A DNA stretch of 64,000 nt from an uncultured bacterium (GCA_963736115.1 CAVTNR010000003.1:1-64000); one strand, 5' to 3'; positions 38,528 through 51,773 are shown, counted from the first letter of the stretch. Translations and numbers: made by a program. The notes: generated from the sequence alone by a model not told the origin.

Positions 38528-38887
38528 ATGAACCGCCTGATGCTCAAATCGAAAATACACCGCGCCGTCGTCACCGGCGCGGATCTGTCTTATGAAGGCA
38601 GCATCGCCATCGACGAAGCGCTCATGGAGGCCGCGGATCTTCTGCCGAACGAACAGGTGCATGTCCTGAACCTGGCCAACGGTTCTCGTTCGGAGACCTA
38701 CGTGATCCGCGGCGGCCGGAACACCGGCGAGGTGGTGCTCAACGGCGCGCTCGCGCGTCTGGCACAGGCCGGCGACCCGGTCATCATACTGTCGTACACC
38801 TGGGCGGACACGGAAACCGCCAGCAGTCTTCAGCCGGTCATCGTCCATGTGGACGAAAAAAACCGGATCCGCCCGGCGAAACCCTGA
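38528..38887 (+). CDS. panD: Aspartate 1-decarboxylase
   Basis: MLKSKIHRAVVT..YEG/SIAID self-cleavage site, ETYVI and NGALAR. Confidence 0.95.
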   Translation: MNRLMLKSKIHRAVVTGADLSYEGSIAIDEALMEAADLLPNEQVHVLNLANGSRSETYVIRGGRNTGEVVLNGALARLAQAGDPVIILSYTWADTETASSLQPVIVHVDEKNRIRPAKP

Positions 38888-38911
38888 CCTGTCATCCAAA
38901 AGGAGGATGCC

Positions 38912-40228
38912 TTGATCGATAAAAACGCGAAAATCACCGAGCCCAAGGGGAAGCTGGGCGTTCTCATCCCCGGACTGGGCGCCGTCTCCACCACCTTCAT
39001 CGCCGGCGTACAGGCGATCATCGACGGCCAAACCCCGCCGTACGGCTCCCTGACGCAGATGGGCACCATCCGCCTGGGCAAACGGACGGACGACCGCACG
39101 CCGATGATCAAGGATTTCGTGCCCCTGGCCCGTCTGGAGGATCTGGTTTTCGGCGCCTGGGACCCCATCGAGGATGACGGGTACGAATCCGCCCGCAAGT
39201 CCGGCGTTCTGAACGAAGCCGACCTTCTCAAGGCCAAAAAACGGCTGGAAGCGATCAAACCGATGAAAGCCGTGTTTGACCAGAAATACGTGAAGCGCCT
39301 CAACGGCACCTGGATGAAGAAGGGCGCCAATAAAATGGAACTGGCCGAACAGGTCATGGACGATATTGCCTCCTTCAAGAAGCGCGAGAACGCGGACCGG
39401 GCACTGATGATCTGGTGCGCTTCGACCGAAATCTTCATCAAGCCGCAGGACGTTCATTCCACGATAGAAAAATTCGAAAAGGGCCTCCTCGCGAATGACG
39501 ACGCGATTCCCAACTCGATGGTCTACGCCTACGCGGCGCTGAAATCCGGAGTCCCGTTCTTCAATGGCGCCCCGAACCTGACCGTCGACGTCCCCGCGCT
39601 GTTGAATCTCGCCCGCGACAACGGCCTGCCGGTCGGAGGAAAGGATTTCAAGTCCGGCCAGACACTCATGAAGACGATCCTCGCCCCGGGTTTCAAGGCG
39701 CGCATGCTCGGACTGAGCGGCTGGTTCTCCACCAATATCCTCGGGAACCGGGACGGCGAGGTGCTCGATGATCCGGAGTCGTTCAAAACCAAGGAGGAGT
39801 CGAAGCTCTCCGTCCTGGAATACATTCTCCAGCCGAAAGTCTATCCCGACCTGTACAAAGACTTCTATCACAAAGTCCGCATCAATTACTATCCGCCCCG
39901 CGGAGACAACAAGGAATCGTGGGACAACATTGATATCTTCGGCTGGATGGGGTATCCCATGCAGATCAAGGTGAATTTCCTGTGCCGTGACTCCATCCTG
40001 GCCGCGCCCATCGTGCTGGACCTCGTTCTGTTCGGCGACCTGGCGCATCGCGCCGGCATGCGCGGCGTCCAGGAGTGGCTGTCGTTCTACTTCAAGAGCC
40101 CCATGACCGCGCCCGGCCTGTACCCGGAGCATGACCTCTTCATCCAGCTCCAGAAGCTGAAGAACACGCTCCGGCACCTGAAGGGCGAGGAGCTGATCAC
40201 GCATCTCGGTCTGGAGTATTACGATTGA
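38912..40228 (+). CDS. ino1: Myo-inositol-1-phosphate synthase
   Basis: GLGAVSTT, WCASTE, NGAPN, GKDFKSGQT, NILGNRDG, RGDNKE and RDSILAAP. TTG start with RBS aggagg. Confidence 0.95.
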   Translation: MIDKNAKITEPKGKLGVLIPGLGAVSTTFIAGVQAIIDGQTPPYGSLTQMGTIRLGKRTDDRTPMIKDFVPLARLEDLVFGAWDPIEDDGYESARKSGVLNEADLLKAKKRLEAIKPMKAVFDQKYVKRLNGTWMKKGANKMELAEQVMDDIASFKKRENADRALMIWCASTEIFIKPQDVHSTIEKFEKGLLANDDAIPNSMVYAYAALKSGVPFFNGAPNLTVDVPALLNLARDNGLPVGGKDFKSGQTLMKTILAPGFKARMLGLSGWFSTNILGNRDGEVLDDPESFKTKEESKLSVLEYILQPKVYPDLYKDFYHKVRINYYPPRGDNKESWDNIDIFGWMGYPMQIKVNFLCRDSILAAPIVLDLVLFGDLAHRAGMRGVQEWLSFYFKSPMTAPGLYPEHDLFIQLQKLKNTLRHLKGEELITHLGLEYYD

Positions 40229-41595
40229 GTCGGCGCAGTTCCATATTTAAAATTCTCAAGACCTCGGTTCCCGCCGCCCTGGACCTGGCTTCCCAGCCCG
40301 TCATGTGGCTGGTGGAGGCGGTGTTCATCGGGCGGCTCAGCGCCGCGGCGCTGGGAGGCGTGGGATTCGCCCTGCAGATCATTCTGCTGACCATCACGCT
40401 GATGCTGACGTTCGTGATGGGCGCCATCATTCTCATCAACCGCCATCTCGGATCCAACGACCGATGGGGGGCGAACCACATTCTCGGCCAGACGCTCATG
40501 TCCGGCCTGATTTTTTCCTTTTTTATCGGTCTGCTCTGGTATTTCGGATCCCCGACCCTGTTCCGGATCATCCGGGAGCAGGACATGGCGAACGCCGGCG
40601 CTTCAACCCTCTCGGGCATCGATTCCGGAATCCAGTATCTTAAAATCATCTCGTTTTTCGCTCCGATCATCATCACCAATTTCCTGGCCGTTTCCATGAT
40701 CCGCGGGTCGGGCGACACGCGCCTGTCCATGATCATCAACATCACCATGAACCTGACCAACATCCTGCTGACGCCCATCTTCATCTACGGCCTCTTCGGC
40801 GTTCCGCGCCTGGAAGTCCGCGGCGCCGCGGTCGCAGTCGGAATCTCCCATTCTCTCGGACTGATGATCACGCTGCTGTCCCTCCGGAGGCCGACCTCGA
40901 CGCTGTTCCTTTCCGTCCACGAGATGACGCGGCCGAACTGGAAGAGCATCAAACAGCTCTTCAAGCTGGGATTTCCGACGACGGTCGAACAGCTGGTCTG
41001 GACCGTGGGCCAGGTCATCGTCACCGGATACGTGGCGTTGATCGGCATCTCCGCCCTGGCCGTGCATCAGGTCTTTCTGCGGATCCAGGCCGTTCTGTCG
41101 ATGGTATACATGGGCTTCAGCCTCACCGCCATGACCCATATGGGCAAAAACATCGGCGCCAACGAGCACTCGGCGGCGGAATCCATGGGCCGCATGACGC
41201 ACCGGATTTCGCTCCTGGCCGTCCTGTCCATTCTGGTCCTCATGATCGCGTTCTCCTCGCCTCTGCTCCACCTGTTCATCCGGCGGGAGGACGCCATCAT
41301 CGCGGATTTCGGCTTCCGGACCGCGTTCATTGTGTTCTCGCTGGTGCAGGTGCCCAAGGCCATGAACACCGTCATCGGCGGGAGTCTGAGGGGCGCCGGC
41401 GACCTGAAATGGATCATGACCGTCAACGCCGTGGCCGTCCTGCTTCTTGAAATCGGGTTCAACTGGGTCGGCACTTTCATGCTCCACTGGGGTCTGGTCG
41501 GTATCTGGGCCGTGCAGGGCGTCGACGAAACCGTAAAAAGCACAATCAACTATTTCCGCTTCCGCTGCGGCAAGTGGAAGCTCATCCGCTTCTAG
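40225..41595 (+). CDS. MATE/MOP family transporter
   Basis: About 12 TMs, FIGRLSAAALGGVG, IRGSGDTR, NILLTPIFIYG..GVPRLEVRGAAVA and LRGAGD. It overlaps the ino1 stop. Confidence 0.9.
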   Translation: MSRRSSIFKILKTSVPAALDLASQPVMWLVEAVFIGRLSAAALGGVGFALQIILLTITLMLTFVMGAIILINRHLGSNDRWGANHILGQTLMSGLIFSFFIGLLWYFGSPTLFRIIREQDMANAGASTLSGIDSGIQYLKIISFFAPIIITNFLAVSMIRGSGDTRLSMIINITMNLTNILLTPIFIYGLFGVPRLEVRGAAVAVGISHSLGLMITLLSLRRPTSTLFLSVHEMTRPNWKSIKQLFKLGFPTTVEQLVWTVGQVIVTGYVALIGISALAVHQVFLRIQAVLSMVYMGFSLTAMTHMGKNIGANEHSAAESMGRMTHRISLLAVLSILVLMIAFSSPLLHLFIRREDAIIADFGFRTAFIVFSLVQVPKAMNTVIGGSLRGAGDLKWIMTVNAVAVLLLEIGFNWVGTFMLHWGLVGIWAVQGVDETVKSTINYFRFRCGKWKLIRF

Positions 41596-41606
41596 CGGAA
41601 ACCCGA

Positions 41607-41768
41607 TGAAAGACCCCGCCGGTTGCAGCGGGGTCTCACGCGAAACTTGGATGATGGACGCCGCAAGCGGCGGGGAATTCGACCCGTCGGAGCGGCCAGA
41701 AGCTCCATCTTCAATCATCCAGAAAAACTGGACCCGGAATGACCAGGCTTCTGGCCGCCCGATTAAAC
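41607..41768 (+). repeat. Hairpin element W, copy 2
   Basis: Fills nearly the whole MATE-ctpA spacer; a diverged direct repeat of 28093-28254. Confidence 0.88.
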
Positions 41769-41784
41769 GCGTCAAGGGGACGAT

Positions 41785-43440
41785 ATGCAGCGCCAAGCGC
41801 AGATGAAATGGAGCCTCATCCTGGTCCTGACGGTTCTGGGAGCGGCCCTGCTCTGGACCAACTCGGCCCGCTCCACCGATACGTACTCCTCGATACAGAA
41901 CAGCCTCGTGCCTCTGGTCAACGTGTACAAGGAGGTGAGCCGGCGGTACGTCGACCCGGTGGACTCCCAGAAGTTCCTCCGGGCCGGCATCGACGGCATG
42001 CTCGGCACGCTCGATCCCTACACCAATTACATCGAGCGGGAGGACAAGGATCAGCTGGAAATCCTCACCGAGGGCAAATACGAAGGCGTCGGCCTGGTGC
42101 TCAATTACCGCAACAATGTGGTGACCGTGGCCGAGCCTCCCTTTCAGGGCACTCCGGCCGCCCGGGCGGGCCTCCGTGAGGGCGACCGGATCATCAAGGT
42201 CGGAAGCCTGCTGACGAAGGACCTCGGATTCGAAAAAACAGTGGGCCAGATACGCGGTCCCGCAGGTACGGAGGTGACGCTCACCATCGAGAGGGACGGC
42301 GAGCCCAAACCGCTGGAATTCACGCTCGTGCGGAAAAGCATCACCGTCGAGGATGTCCAGTACGCCGGTTTTCTGGAAAACGGCGTCGGATACATCCTGC
42401 TCACCCGCTTCTCCAAGAACGCCGGGCCCGAAGTGGACCGCGCCATCCAGCAGCTGAAGACCCGCGGCGAACTCAAGGCCCTGGTGCTCGATCTCCGCTC
42501 CAATCCCGGCGGTATGCTGGAGGCCGCGGTCGAGGTGTCCGAACTCTTTCTGCCCCGGAACTCGCAGATCGTCTCGACCCGGGGCCGTACGCCCGACGCC
42601 GAGCAGCAGCACCGGTCCCGGCGGGATCCGCTCTTCGGACAGGGCAGCCTCGTCGTCCTCGTGAACGCTTTCAGCGCCTCCGCTTCCGAGATCGTGGCCG
42701 GCGCCGTTCAGGACCACGACCGGGGCATCATCGTCGGCGACACCACATTCGGCAAGGGGCTCGTTCAGACCGTGGTTCCGCTGTCTCCGGACGCGGCGCT
42801 GAAAATCACAACGGCCAAGTACTACACGCCGAGCGGCCGCTGCATCCAGCGGAAGCATTATTCCGACTGGGAGGATTCCACCGACCTCGACACGGCCGCC
42901 GAGTTCCGCACGGTCTCCGGCCGGCCGGTCAGCGGCGGCGGCGGCATCATTCCGGATCTGGTCGTGCCCCTCCCCGAGGCGAGCGATTATTACTGGGATC
43001 TGCGCCGGAAATCGCTCTTCTTCAATTTCGCGGTCACCTACGCCAATACGCATCCGGCCAAGGACTCGACCGTGGCCGTCACGTCCGACATCATCGAGGC
43101 CTTCCGCGGCTACCTGAACGAGAAAAAGTACGAATACCGGCACCCGATCGAGAAAGAGCTCACTTCCCTGAAGAACGAAAGCATCCGCAAGGGCTACGGC
43201 AACGAGATCCTCAAGAACATCGATGTGCTGGAGAAAAGCCTGAACCGCGCCGAGGAGGACATGTTCGCGAACAGCCTGAGCGACATCCGGAAAACCCTGC
43301 AGTCCGAGCTGGTGTCCAAGTATTTCGGCGTCCGTCAGCAGGTGGCGGCCGGGCTCCGGGAGGACGCCACGGTCCAGAAAGCGCTTTCCCTGCTCGCGGA
43401 CCGCGGTTCGTACGAATTGCTACTGAAAAAACGAAATTAA
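41785..43440 (+). CDS. ctpA: S41 family carboxy-terminal processing protease with PDZ domain
   Basis: GMLGTLDPYT, YEGVG, DLRSNPGG, SASASEIVAGAVQD, TFGKGLVQ and TTAKYYTPSGR. The start may be 41803. Confidence 0.93.
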   Translation: MQRQAQMKWSLILVLTVLGAALLWTNSARSTDTYSSIQNSLVPLVNVYKEVSRRYVDPVDSQKFLRAGIDGMLGTLDPYTNYIEREDKDQLEILTEGKYEGVGLVLNYRNNVVTVAEPPFQGTPAARAGLREGDRIIKVGSLLTKDLGFEKTVGQIRGPAGTEVTLTIERDGEPKPLEFTLVRKSITVEDVQYAGFLENGVGYILLTRFSKNAGPEVDRAIQQLKTRGELKALVLDLRSNPGGMLEAAVEVSELFLPRNSQIVSTRGRTPDAEQQHRSRRDPLFGQGSLVVLVNAFSASASEIVAGAVQDHDRGIIVGDTTFGKGLVQTVVPLSPDAALKITTAKYYTPSGRCIQRKHYSDWEDSTDLDTAAEFRTVSGRPVSGGGGIIPDLVVPLPEASDYYWDLRRKSLFFNFAVTYANTHPAKDSTVAVTSDIIEAFRGYLNEKKYEYRHPIEKELTSLKNESIRKGYGNEILKNIDVLEKSLNRAEEDMFANSLSDIRKTLQSELVSKYFGVRQQVAAGLREDATVQKALSLLADRGSYELLLKKRN

Positions 43441-43650
43441 TGACTCCGCCGCAAGTGGTGTAGTATCTCAAGAAAATTGGCTTACGGGCGCTGCAAGCAT
43501 CGGGCCTTCAATAATGAACAACTCATATCGCTTGGTCCGGCGAAACCGGGGAACCAGATTCGTCGGAGCAGTCAGAAGCCCGCATCAACCGACTTGTCGG
43601 CGTTTTAACATAAAATATGGTAAACGGGCTTCTGACTGCCCGATTCAAAC
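43438..43650 (+). repeat. Hairpin element W, diverged copy 3, with a Y2 insert
   Basis: Same module order as W1/W2: gac.ccgccgcaag, aagaaa.ttgg, cgctgcaagc..cggg[Y2]gaa, cgtcggagcagtcagaag..cttctgactgcccgattcaaac. Confidence 0.75.
43504..43549 (-). mobile_element. Y2 mini-element
   Basis: gccttcaataatgaa..ttggtccggcgaaaccgg is absent from W1 and W2 at the aligned position. Confidence 0.6.
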
Positions 43651-43694
43651 GGTTCCACAGCCAACCCTAAATTTCATTCTGAGGAGGTTATCGT

Positions 43695-46469
43695 ATGTCT
43701 AAATACGTCTATTCCTTCGGCGGCGGAAAAGCCGACGGGAAAGCGGAAATGAAGGAACTGCTCGGCGGCAAAGGCGCCAACCTGGCTGAAATGGCCAACC
43801 TGGGCATTCCGGTTCCCGCGGGGTTCACCATCACCACGGAAGTGTGCACGCATTACTACAAGAACGGCAAGAAGTATCCGAAGGAACTGACCGGCCAGGT
43901 CAAACTCGCCGTGACGAAGATGGAGCGGGTCATGGCCGCCAAATTCGGCGACGTCAAGAATCCGCTTCTGGTGTCCGTCCGGTCGGGCGCGCGCAGTTCC
44001 ATGCCCGGCATGATGGAAACCGTTCTGAACGTGGGCCTGACCAGCAAAACCATTCCGGGCCTGATTCAGAAGACGGGGAACGACCGGTTCGTGTACGACG
44101 CCTACCGTCGTCTCATCATGATGTACTCGGACGTGGTAATGGAGAAAGCGGCCGGCATCGAGCCCAAGGAGGGGAAAGGCATCCGCCATCAGCTCGAGCG
44201 GGAAATGGCGGCCATGAAGGCGGAACGCGGCGTCACGCAGGACACCGACTTGACGGCCGAGGACCTGAAGCGTCTGGTGGAGATCTTCAAGACCAAAGTG
44301 AAGGACGTTCTCGGCAAGCCGTTTCCGGACGATCCGATTCAGCAGTTGTGGGGCGGCGTCGGCGCCGTGTTCCAGAGCTGGATCGGCCGCCGCGCCGTGG
44401 CTTACCGGCGGATCGAAGGCATACCGGACGAATGGGGCACAGCGGTGAACGTTCAGGCCATGGTGTTCGGCAACATGGGCGACACTTCGGCAACCGGTGT
44501 GGCCTTCACGCGCAACCCGGCCAACGGGGACAATAAATTCTACGGAGAATGGCTCGTCAACGCCCAGGGCGAGGACGTCGTCGCCGGCATCCGCACGCCG
44601 TCGCCGTTGAACGAGGACACAAAAAACGAGCAGAACCGGCACCTTTCCTCCCTCCAATCCGCCATGCCCAAGACATACAAGGAACTGGACCGGATCCGGC
44701 TGAACCTGGAGAAGCACTACCGGGACATGCTCGACATCGAATTCACGATTCAGGAAGGCCTCCTGTGGATGCTGCAATGCCGCGTCGGAAAACGCACCGG
44801 CACCGCGGCCCTGAACATGGCCATGGACATGCTCCAGGAAAAGCGGATCAGCGAATCGGAGGCCGTCCTGCGCCTGTCCCCGAATCAGCTGGACGAACTG
44901 CTGCATCCGATCGTGGATCCCTCGGCCGAAAAGGCCAATGCCCCCATCGCCAAGGGCCTTCCGGCCGGTCCCGGCGGCGCCGTCGGACAGATCGTTTTCA
45001 CGGCCGCAGACGCCGTGGAATGGGGCAAGCAGGGCCGCAAGGTCATTCTGCTCCGCGAAGAGACGAATCCCGAGGACGTTGAGGGCATGCGCGCGGCGCA
45101 GGGCATTCTCACCGGACGGGGCGGCATGACGTCCCACGCGGCTCTGGTCGCGCGCGGCTGGGGCAAGTGTTGCATCGTGGGCTGCAGCTCGCTGGACATC
45201 AATGTTCACGCCAAGACCATGACCGTGAACGGCCGGACGTTCCGCGAGGGCGACACCCTCACGCTCAACGGCACACGCGGGTACGTCTATGCCGGCGAAC
45301 TGGCGATGATCAGCGCCTCCGAAAATCCGCGCTTCGTCCAGTTCATGAAGATGGTCGATAAATTCCGCACGATGAAGGTGCGGACGAACGCGGACACCCC
45401 TGACGACGCCCGGAAGGCGCTCGAGTTCGGGGCCCAGGGGATCGGCCTGTTCAGGACCGAACACATGTTCTACGGCAAGAACTCCGAGGCCCCGCTGTTC
45501 TGCCTGCGTAAAATGATCGTCTCGCATTCCGAGGAGGAACGCCGACGCGCGCTGGATGAACTCTTCCCCTTTGTCAAGCGTGACATCAAGGCGACCCTCG
45601 AGGTGATGGATGGACTTCCGGTCACCATCCGGCTCCTCGACCCCCCGCTCCACGAGTTCGTGCCGCATGAAGCCGAAAAGCGCGCCGAGCTGGCGGCCAG
45701 CCTCGGCATCTCCACCGATGAACTGAACAAGCGGGCGGATGCGCTGCATGAGTCCAACCCCATGATGGGGCACCGCGGCGTCCGCCTCGGCGTGACCTAC
45801 CCGGAAATCACCGAGATGCAGGTGCGTGCGATTCTCGAGTCCTCGGCCGAACTGATCCTGGAAGGGAAGCGCGTCTTCCCGGAAATCATGGTTCCGGTGG
45901 TTTGCTCCGTCAAGGAGCTGGATGATCAGAAAGTCATCGTGGAGAGGATCTACGCCGAAGTCTGCGCCAAAACCGGCCTGAAGAGCTTCAAGTATATGTA
46001 CGGCACGATGATCGAAATCCCGCGCGCCGCTCTGACCGCGGGTAAAATCGCCGAAACCGCCGAGTTCTTCTCGTACGGCACCAATGATCTGACCCAGATG
46101 GCCTTCGGTTTCTCTCGCGACGACATCGGCGGGTTCGTCCCGGACTATGTCGAAAAACGAATCCTGCCCGTCGATCCGTTCCAGGTGCTGGATCAGGAAG
46201 GCATCGGCGAGCTCATCCAGATCGGCATCGAGCGCGGCCGTAAGGCGCGGCCGGGCTTGAAAGTCGGCATCTGCGGCGAACATGGAGGGGAACCGTCCTC
46301 GGTGGGATTCTGCCACAAGGTGGGGATGGATTATGTTTCCTGCTCCCCGTACCGGGTGCCGATCGCGCGTTTGGCGGCGGCCCAGGCGTCGATCAAGAGC
46401 CGTCCTGCAAAAGCAGGTAAAAAGGCTGTGAAGAAAACGGCTAAGAAAAAAACAAGCAGAAAAAAATAA
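43695..46469 (+). CDS. ppdK: Pyruvate, phosphate dikinase
   Basis: LLGGKGANLAEM, SVRSGA..SMPGMM, the catalytic His motif GGMTSHAA, GIGLFRTEHMF, GTNDLTQ and GICGEHGG. RBS gaggagg. Confidence 0.97.
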   Translation: MSKYVYSFGGGKADGKAEMKELLGGKGANLAEMANLGIPVPAGFTITTEVCTHYYKNGKKYPKELTGQVKLAVTKMERVMAAKFGDVKNPLLVSVRSGARSSMPGMMETVLNVGLTSKTIPGLIQKTGNDRFVYDAYRRLIMMYSDVVMEKAAGIEPKEGKGIRHQLEREMAAMKAERGVTQDTDLTAEDLKRLVEIFKTKVKDVLGKPFPDDPIQQLWGGVGAVFQSWIGRRAVAYRRIEGIPDEWGTAVNVQAMVFGNMGDTSATGVAFTRNPANGDNKFYGEWLVNAQGEDVVAGIRTPSPLNEDTKNEQNRHLSSLQSAMPKTYKELDRIRLNLEKHYRDMLDIEFTIQEGLLWMLQCRVGKRTGTAALNMAMDMLQEKRISESEAVLRLSPNQLDELLHPIVDPSAEKANAPIAKGLPAGPGGAVGQIVFTAADAVEWGKQGRKVILLREETNPEDVEGMRAAQGILTGRGGMTSHAALVARGWGKCCIVGCSSLDINVHAKTMTVNGRTFREGDTLTLNGTRGYVYAGELAMISASENPRFVQFMKMVDKFRTMKVRTNADTPDDARKALEFGAQGIGLFRTEHMFYGKNSEAPLFCLRKMIVSHSEEERRRALDELFPFVKRDIKATLEVMDGLPVTIRLLDPPLHEFVPHEAEKRAELAASLGISTDELNKRADALHESNPMMGHRGVRLGVTYPEITEMQVRAILESSAELILEGKRVFPEIMVPVVCSVKELDDQKVIVERIYAEVCAKTGLKSFKYMYGTMIEIPRAALTAGKIAETAEFFSYGTNDLTQMAFGFSRDDIGGFVPDYVEKRILPVDPFQVLDQEGIGELIQIGIERGRKARPGLKVGICGEHGGEPSSVGFCHKVGMDYVSCSPYRVPIARLAAAQASIKSRPAKAGKKAVKKTAKKKTSRKK

Positions 46470-46491
46470 AGCGGTCGATTACTGACCATCG

Positions 46492-46523
46492 GGGGCGCGT
46501 GCCAAACACGCGCCCCTTTTTTT
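46492..46523 (+). terminator. Intrinsic terminator after ppdK
   Basis: ggggcgcgtg-ccaaa-cacgcgcccc followed by T7. Confidence 0.85.
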
Positions 46524-46533
46524 ATTTTTCTCC

Positions 46534-46561
46534 TTGACATTCAACCCGAAAATGGTAAATT
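46534..46561 (+). promoter_or_regulatory. Putative dnaA promoter
   Basis: TTGACA-N16-TAAATT with an extended TG. DnaA-box-like sites follow at 46589, 46600, 46777 (perfect TGTGGATAA) and 46798. Confidence 0.65.
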
Positions 46562-46765
46562 GATTCCGCGACAAGGGAGGGTTCTCCTGGTGGATAATTT
46601 GTGGATTTCTCCGTAAACCCATTCCGCGTGTCCGTCTCCCGGCGCGTTACAAAAAAGTTCCTGTGAATATTATCCGTTTTTTAAATAGGTTATCTTTCCT
46701 TTTTTAAATGGATTGACGGTTGTACCCTGTTTTATTTTTTTCATGACTCCCCGAAGGAGTGCTTC

Positions 46766-48163
<1,398 letters not shown>

Positions 48164-48451
48164 CCGGTTGATAAGCGGTGGACGGGGTGTGGATGAAATG
48201 GACGGATTCAACCGAATCGGCGAATGCGTTTTTCTTCTCCACATGTTCAGCGGATTTGTCCACCTCTCGTCCACATGAAGTGTTCTTATAAATATATTTA
48301 TAATTTATTGTTTTTGTTTGAATTAATCGCTATTAATTGCGGCTGGTGCACGTTTTCCACATCCCTATATTAACTATATTTTTCTTGAATCTATTTTAAA
48401 AAATCTTTAATTTATTAGACCGGTGGATATTTTTCTAGAAGGAGTTTCCCT
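48164..48451. other. Probable replication origin (oriC) unwinding region
   Basis: Several degenerate DnaA boxes (TGTGGATGA 48188, TTCTCCACA 48235, TCGTCCACA 48267, TTTTCCACA 48353) and a very AT-rich tract at about 48285-48415. Confidence 0.75.
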
Positions 48452-49570
48452 ATGAAGTTCACGATCTCGCAAGAAACCCTTTTTCAGTGTCTCCAGAAGG
48501 TGTCCGGTGTTGTCCCCGCCAAATCCGCCACACCGGTGCTCGAGAACGTGTTCTTCGAACTGGACGATGATGCACTCCGGCTCACCGGAACCGATCTGGA
48601 GGTTTCGGTCACCACGCAGACCGTACCCGAAAAAATCGAAAAAACCGGCGCCGTTGCCCTTCCGGCCCGGGTGCTCATTGAAATGATCCGCTCCATGCCC
48701 AACATCGCGATCCGCTTCGAAGTCGACAAGAACCACAAAGTGAAAATGACGACCGATCAGGGATATTATCAGATCTCCGGCATCTCCAAAGACAATTTTC
48801 CTGAAATTCCGAAAAGCGCTTCGGATACCTATTTCGAAATGGACAACGGCCGGCTTCATCGTATGTTCAGCAAGACGCTGTTTGCCGTGTCCTCGGACGA
48901 ACTGAGGCCGGCCCTGATGGGCGTCTATGTTCAGATCACGGCCAATGAATTCAGGATGGTGGCCACGGACGGCCACCGTCTCTCCAAAATTGTCGACCGG
49001 AACTTCAAGTCCAAACAAAAGCCCGTGAACCTGATCATTCCCCCGAAGGCGGCCCAGCTCGCGGTCAAGAACATCTCCGGAGAGGGAACGACCCGCATGA
49101 TCATTCAGGAAAAGATGCTTTGCTTCATTTTCGGCGGCACCACCCTTTTCACCCGTCTGGTCGACGGGCAGTATCCGGATTACGAGCGGGTCATCCCTTC
49201 GGACAATAAAAAACAGATGACCGTCGACCGGAATATTCTGAGCTCGGCCGTGAAGCGCGTGTCGCTTTTTTCCAATGCCTTCACGCATCAGGTTCGCTTC
49301 TCAGTCGCGAAAGACAGACTCACCGTGCAATCCGAAGACCTGGACGTCGGAGGAGAAGCCAAGGAGGAATTGGAGGTTCAGTACGCCGAAGATTCCATGG
49401 AGATCGGATACAACGCGATTTACGTCATGGACATACTGAAACAGATCGACACCGAATCGGCCACCTTTCACCTGAAAAGCCCCATGAACGCCGCCCTGGT
49501 CACCCCGGCCGAACAGATGCCGGGCGAAGAGTTTGAAATGCTTCTTATGCCCATCAAGCTGAGTTCGTAG
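48452..49570 (+). CDS. dnaN: DNA polymerase III beta clamp
   Basis: MKFTI, GTDLE, RPALMGV, VATDGHRL, RLVDGQYPDYERVIP and LLMP. Confidence 0.97.
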   Translation: MKFTISQETLFQCLQKVSGVVPAKSATPVLENVFFELDDDALRLTGTDLEVSVTTQTVPEKIEKTGAVALPARVLIEMIRSMPNIAIRFEVDKNHKVKMTTDQGYYQISGISKDNFPEIPKSASDTYFEMDNGRLHRMFSKTLFAVSSDELRPALMGVYVQITANEFRMVATDGHRLSKIVDRNFKSKQKPVNLIIPPKAAQLAVKNISGEGTTRMIIQEKMLCFIFGGTTLFTRLVDGQYPDYERVIPSDNKKQMTVDRNILSSAVKRVSLFSNAFTHQVRFSVAKDRLTVQSEDLDVGGEAKEELEVQYAEDSMEIGYNAIYVMDILKQIDTESATFHLKSPMNAALVTPAEQMPGEEFEMLLMPIKLSS

Positions 49571-49574
49571 GGGC

Positions 49575-49850
49575 ATGCTGCCGCTCGGAGAGATCCTCCG
49601 TAGGACACTTCAAGATCTCGGCATTGAAAAGCCCGTCCATCAGTACGACGCCTTGTGGTTGTGGCCGAAGGCCGCCGGAGAAAGGATCGCGGCCGTCACG
49701 GAGGCGGTGCGGATGTCGAACGGCCGGCTGTTCGTGCGCGTGAAAAGCGCCGCTTGGCGCAACGAGCTGGTTTTTCACAAACGGGCCCTGATCCAGAACT
49801 TGAACGGGCTCGCGGGCCGTCCCGTGGTGAATGACATCGTCTGGATATGA
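49575..49850 (+). CDS. dciA: DUF721/DciA family helicase loader
   Basis: LGEIL..LG, WPKAAGERIAAVT, GRLFVRVKSAAWRNEL; position before gyrB. Confidence 0.82.
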   Translation: MLPLGEILRRTLQDLGIEKPVHQYDALWLWPKAAGERIAAVTEAVRMSNGRLFVRVKSAAWRNELVFHKRALIQNLNGLAGRPVVNDIVWI

Positions 49851-51773
<1,923 letters not shown>

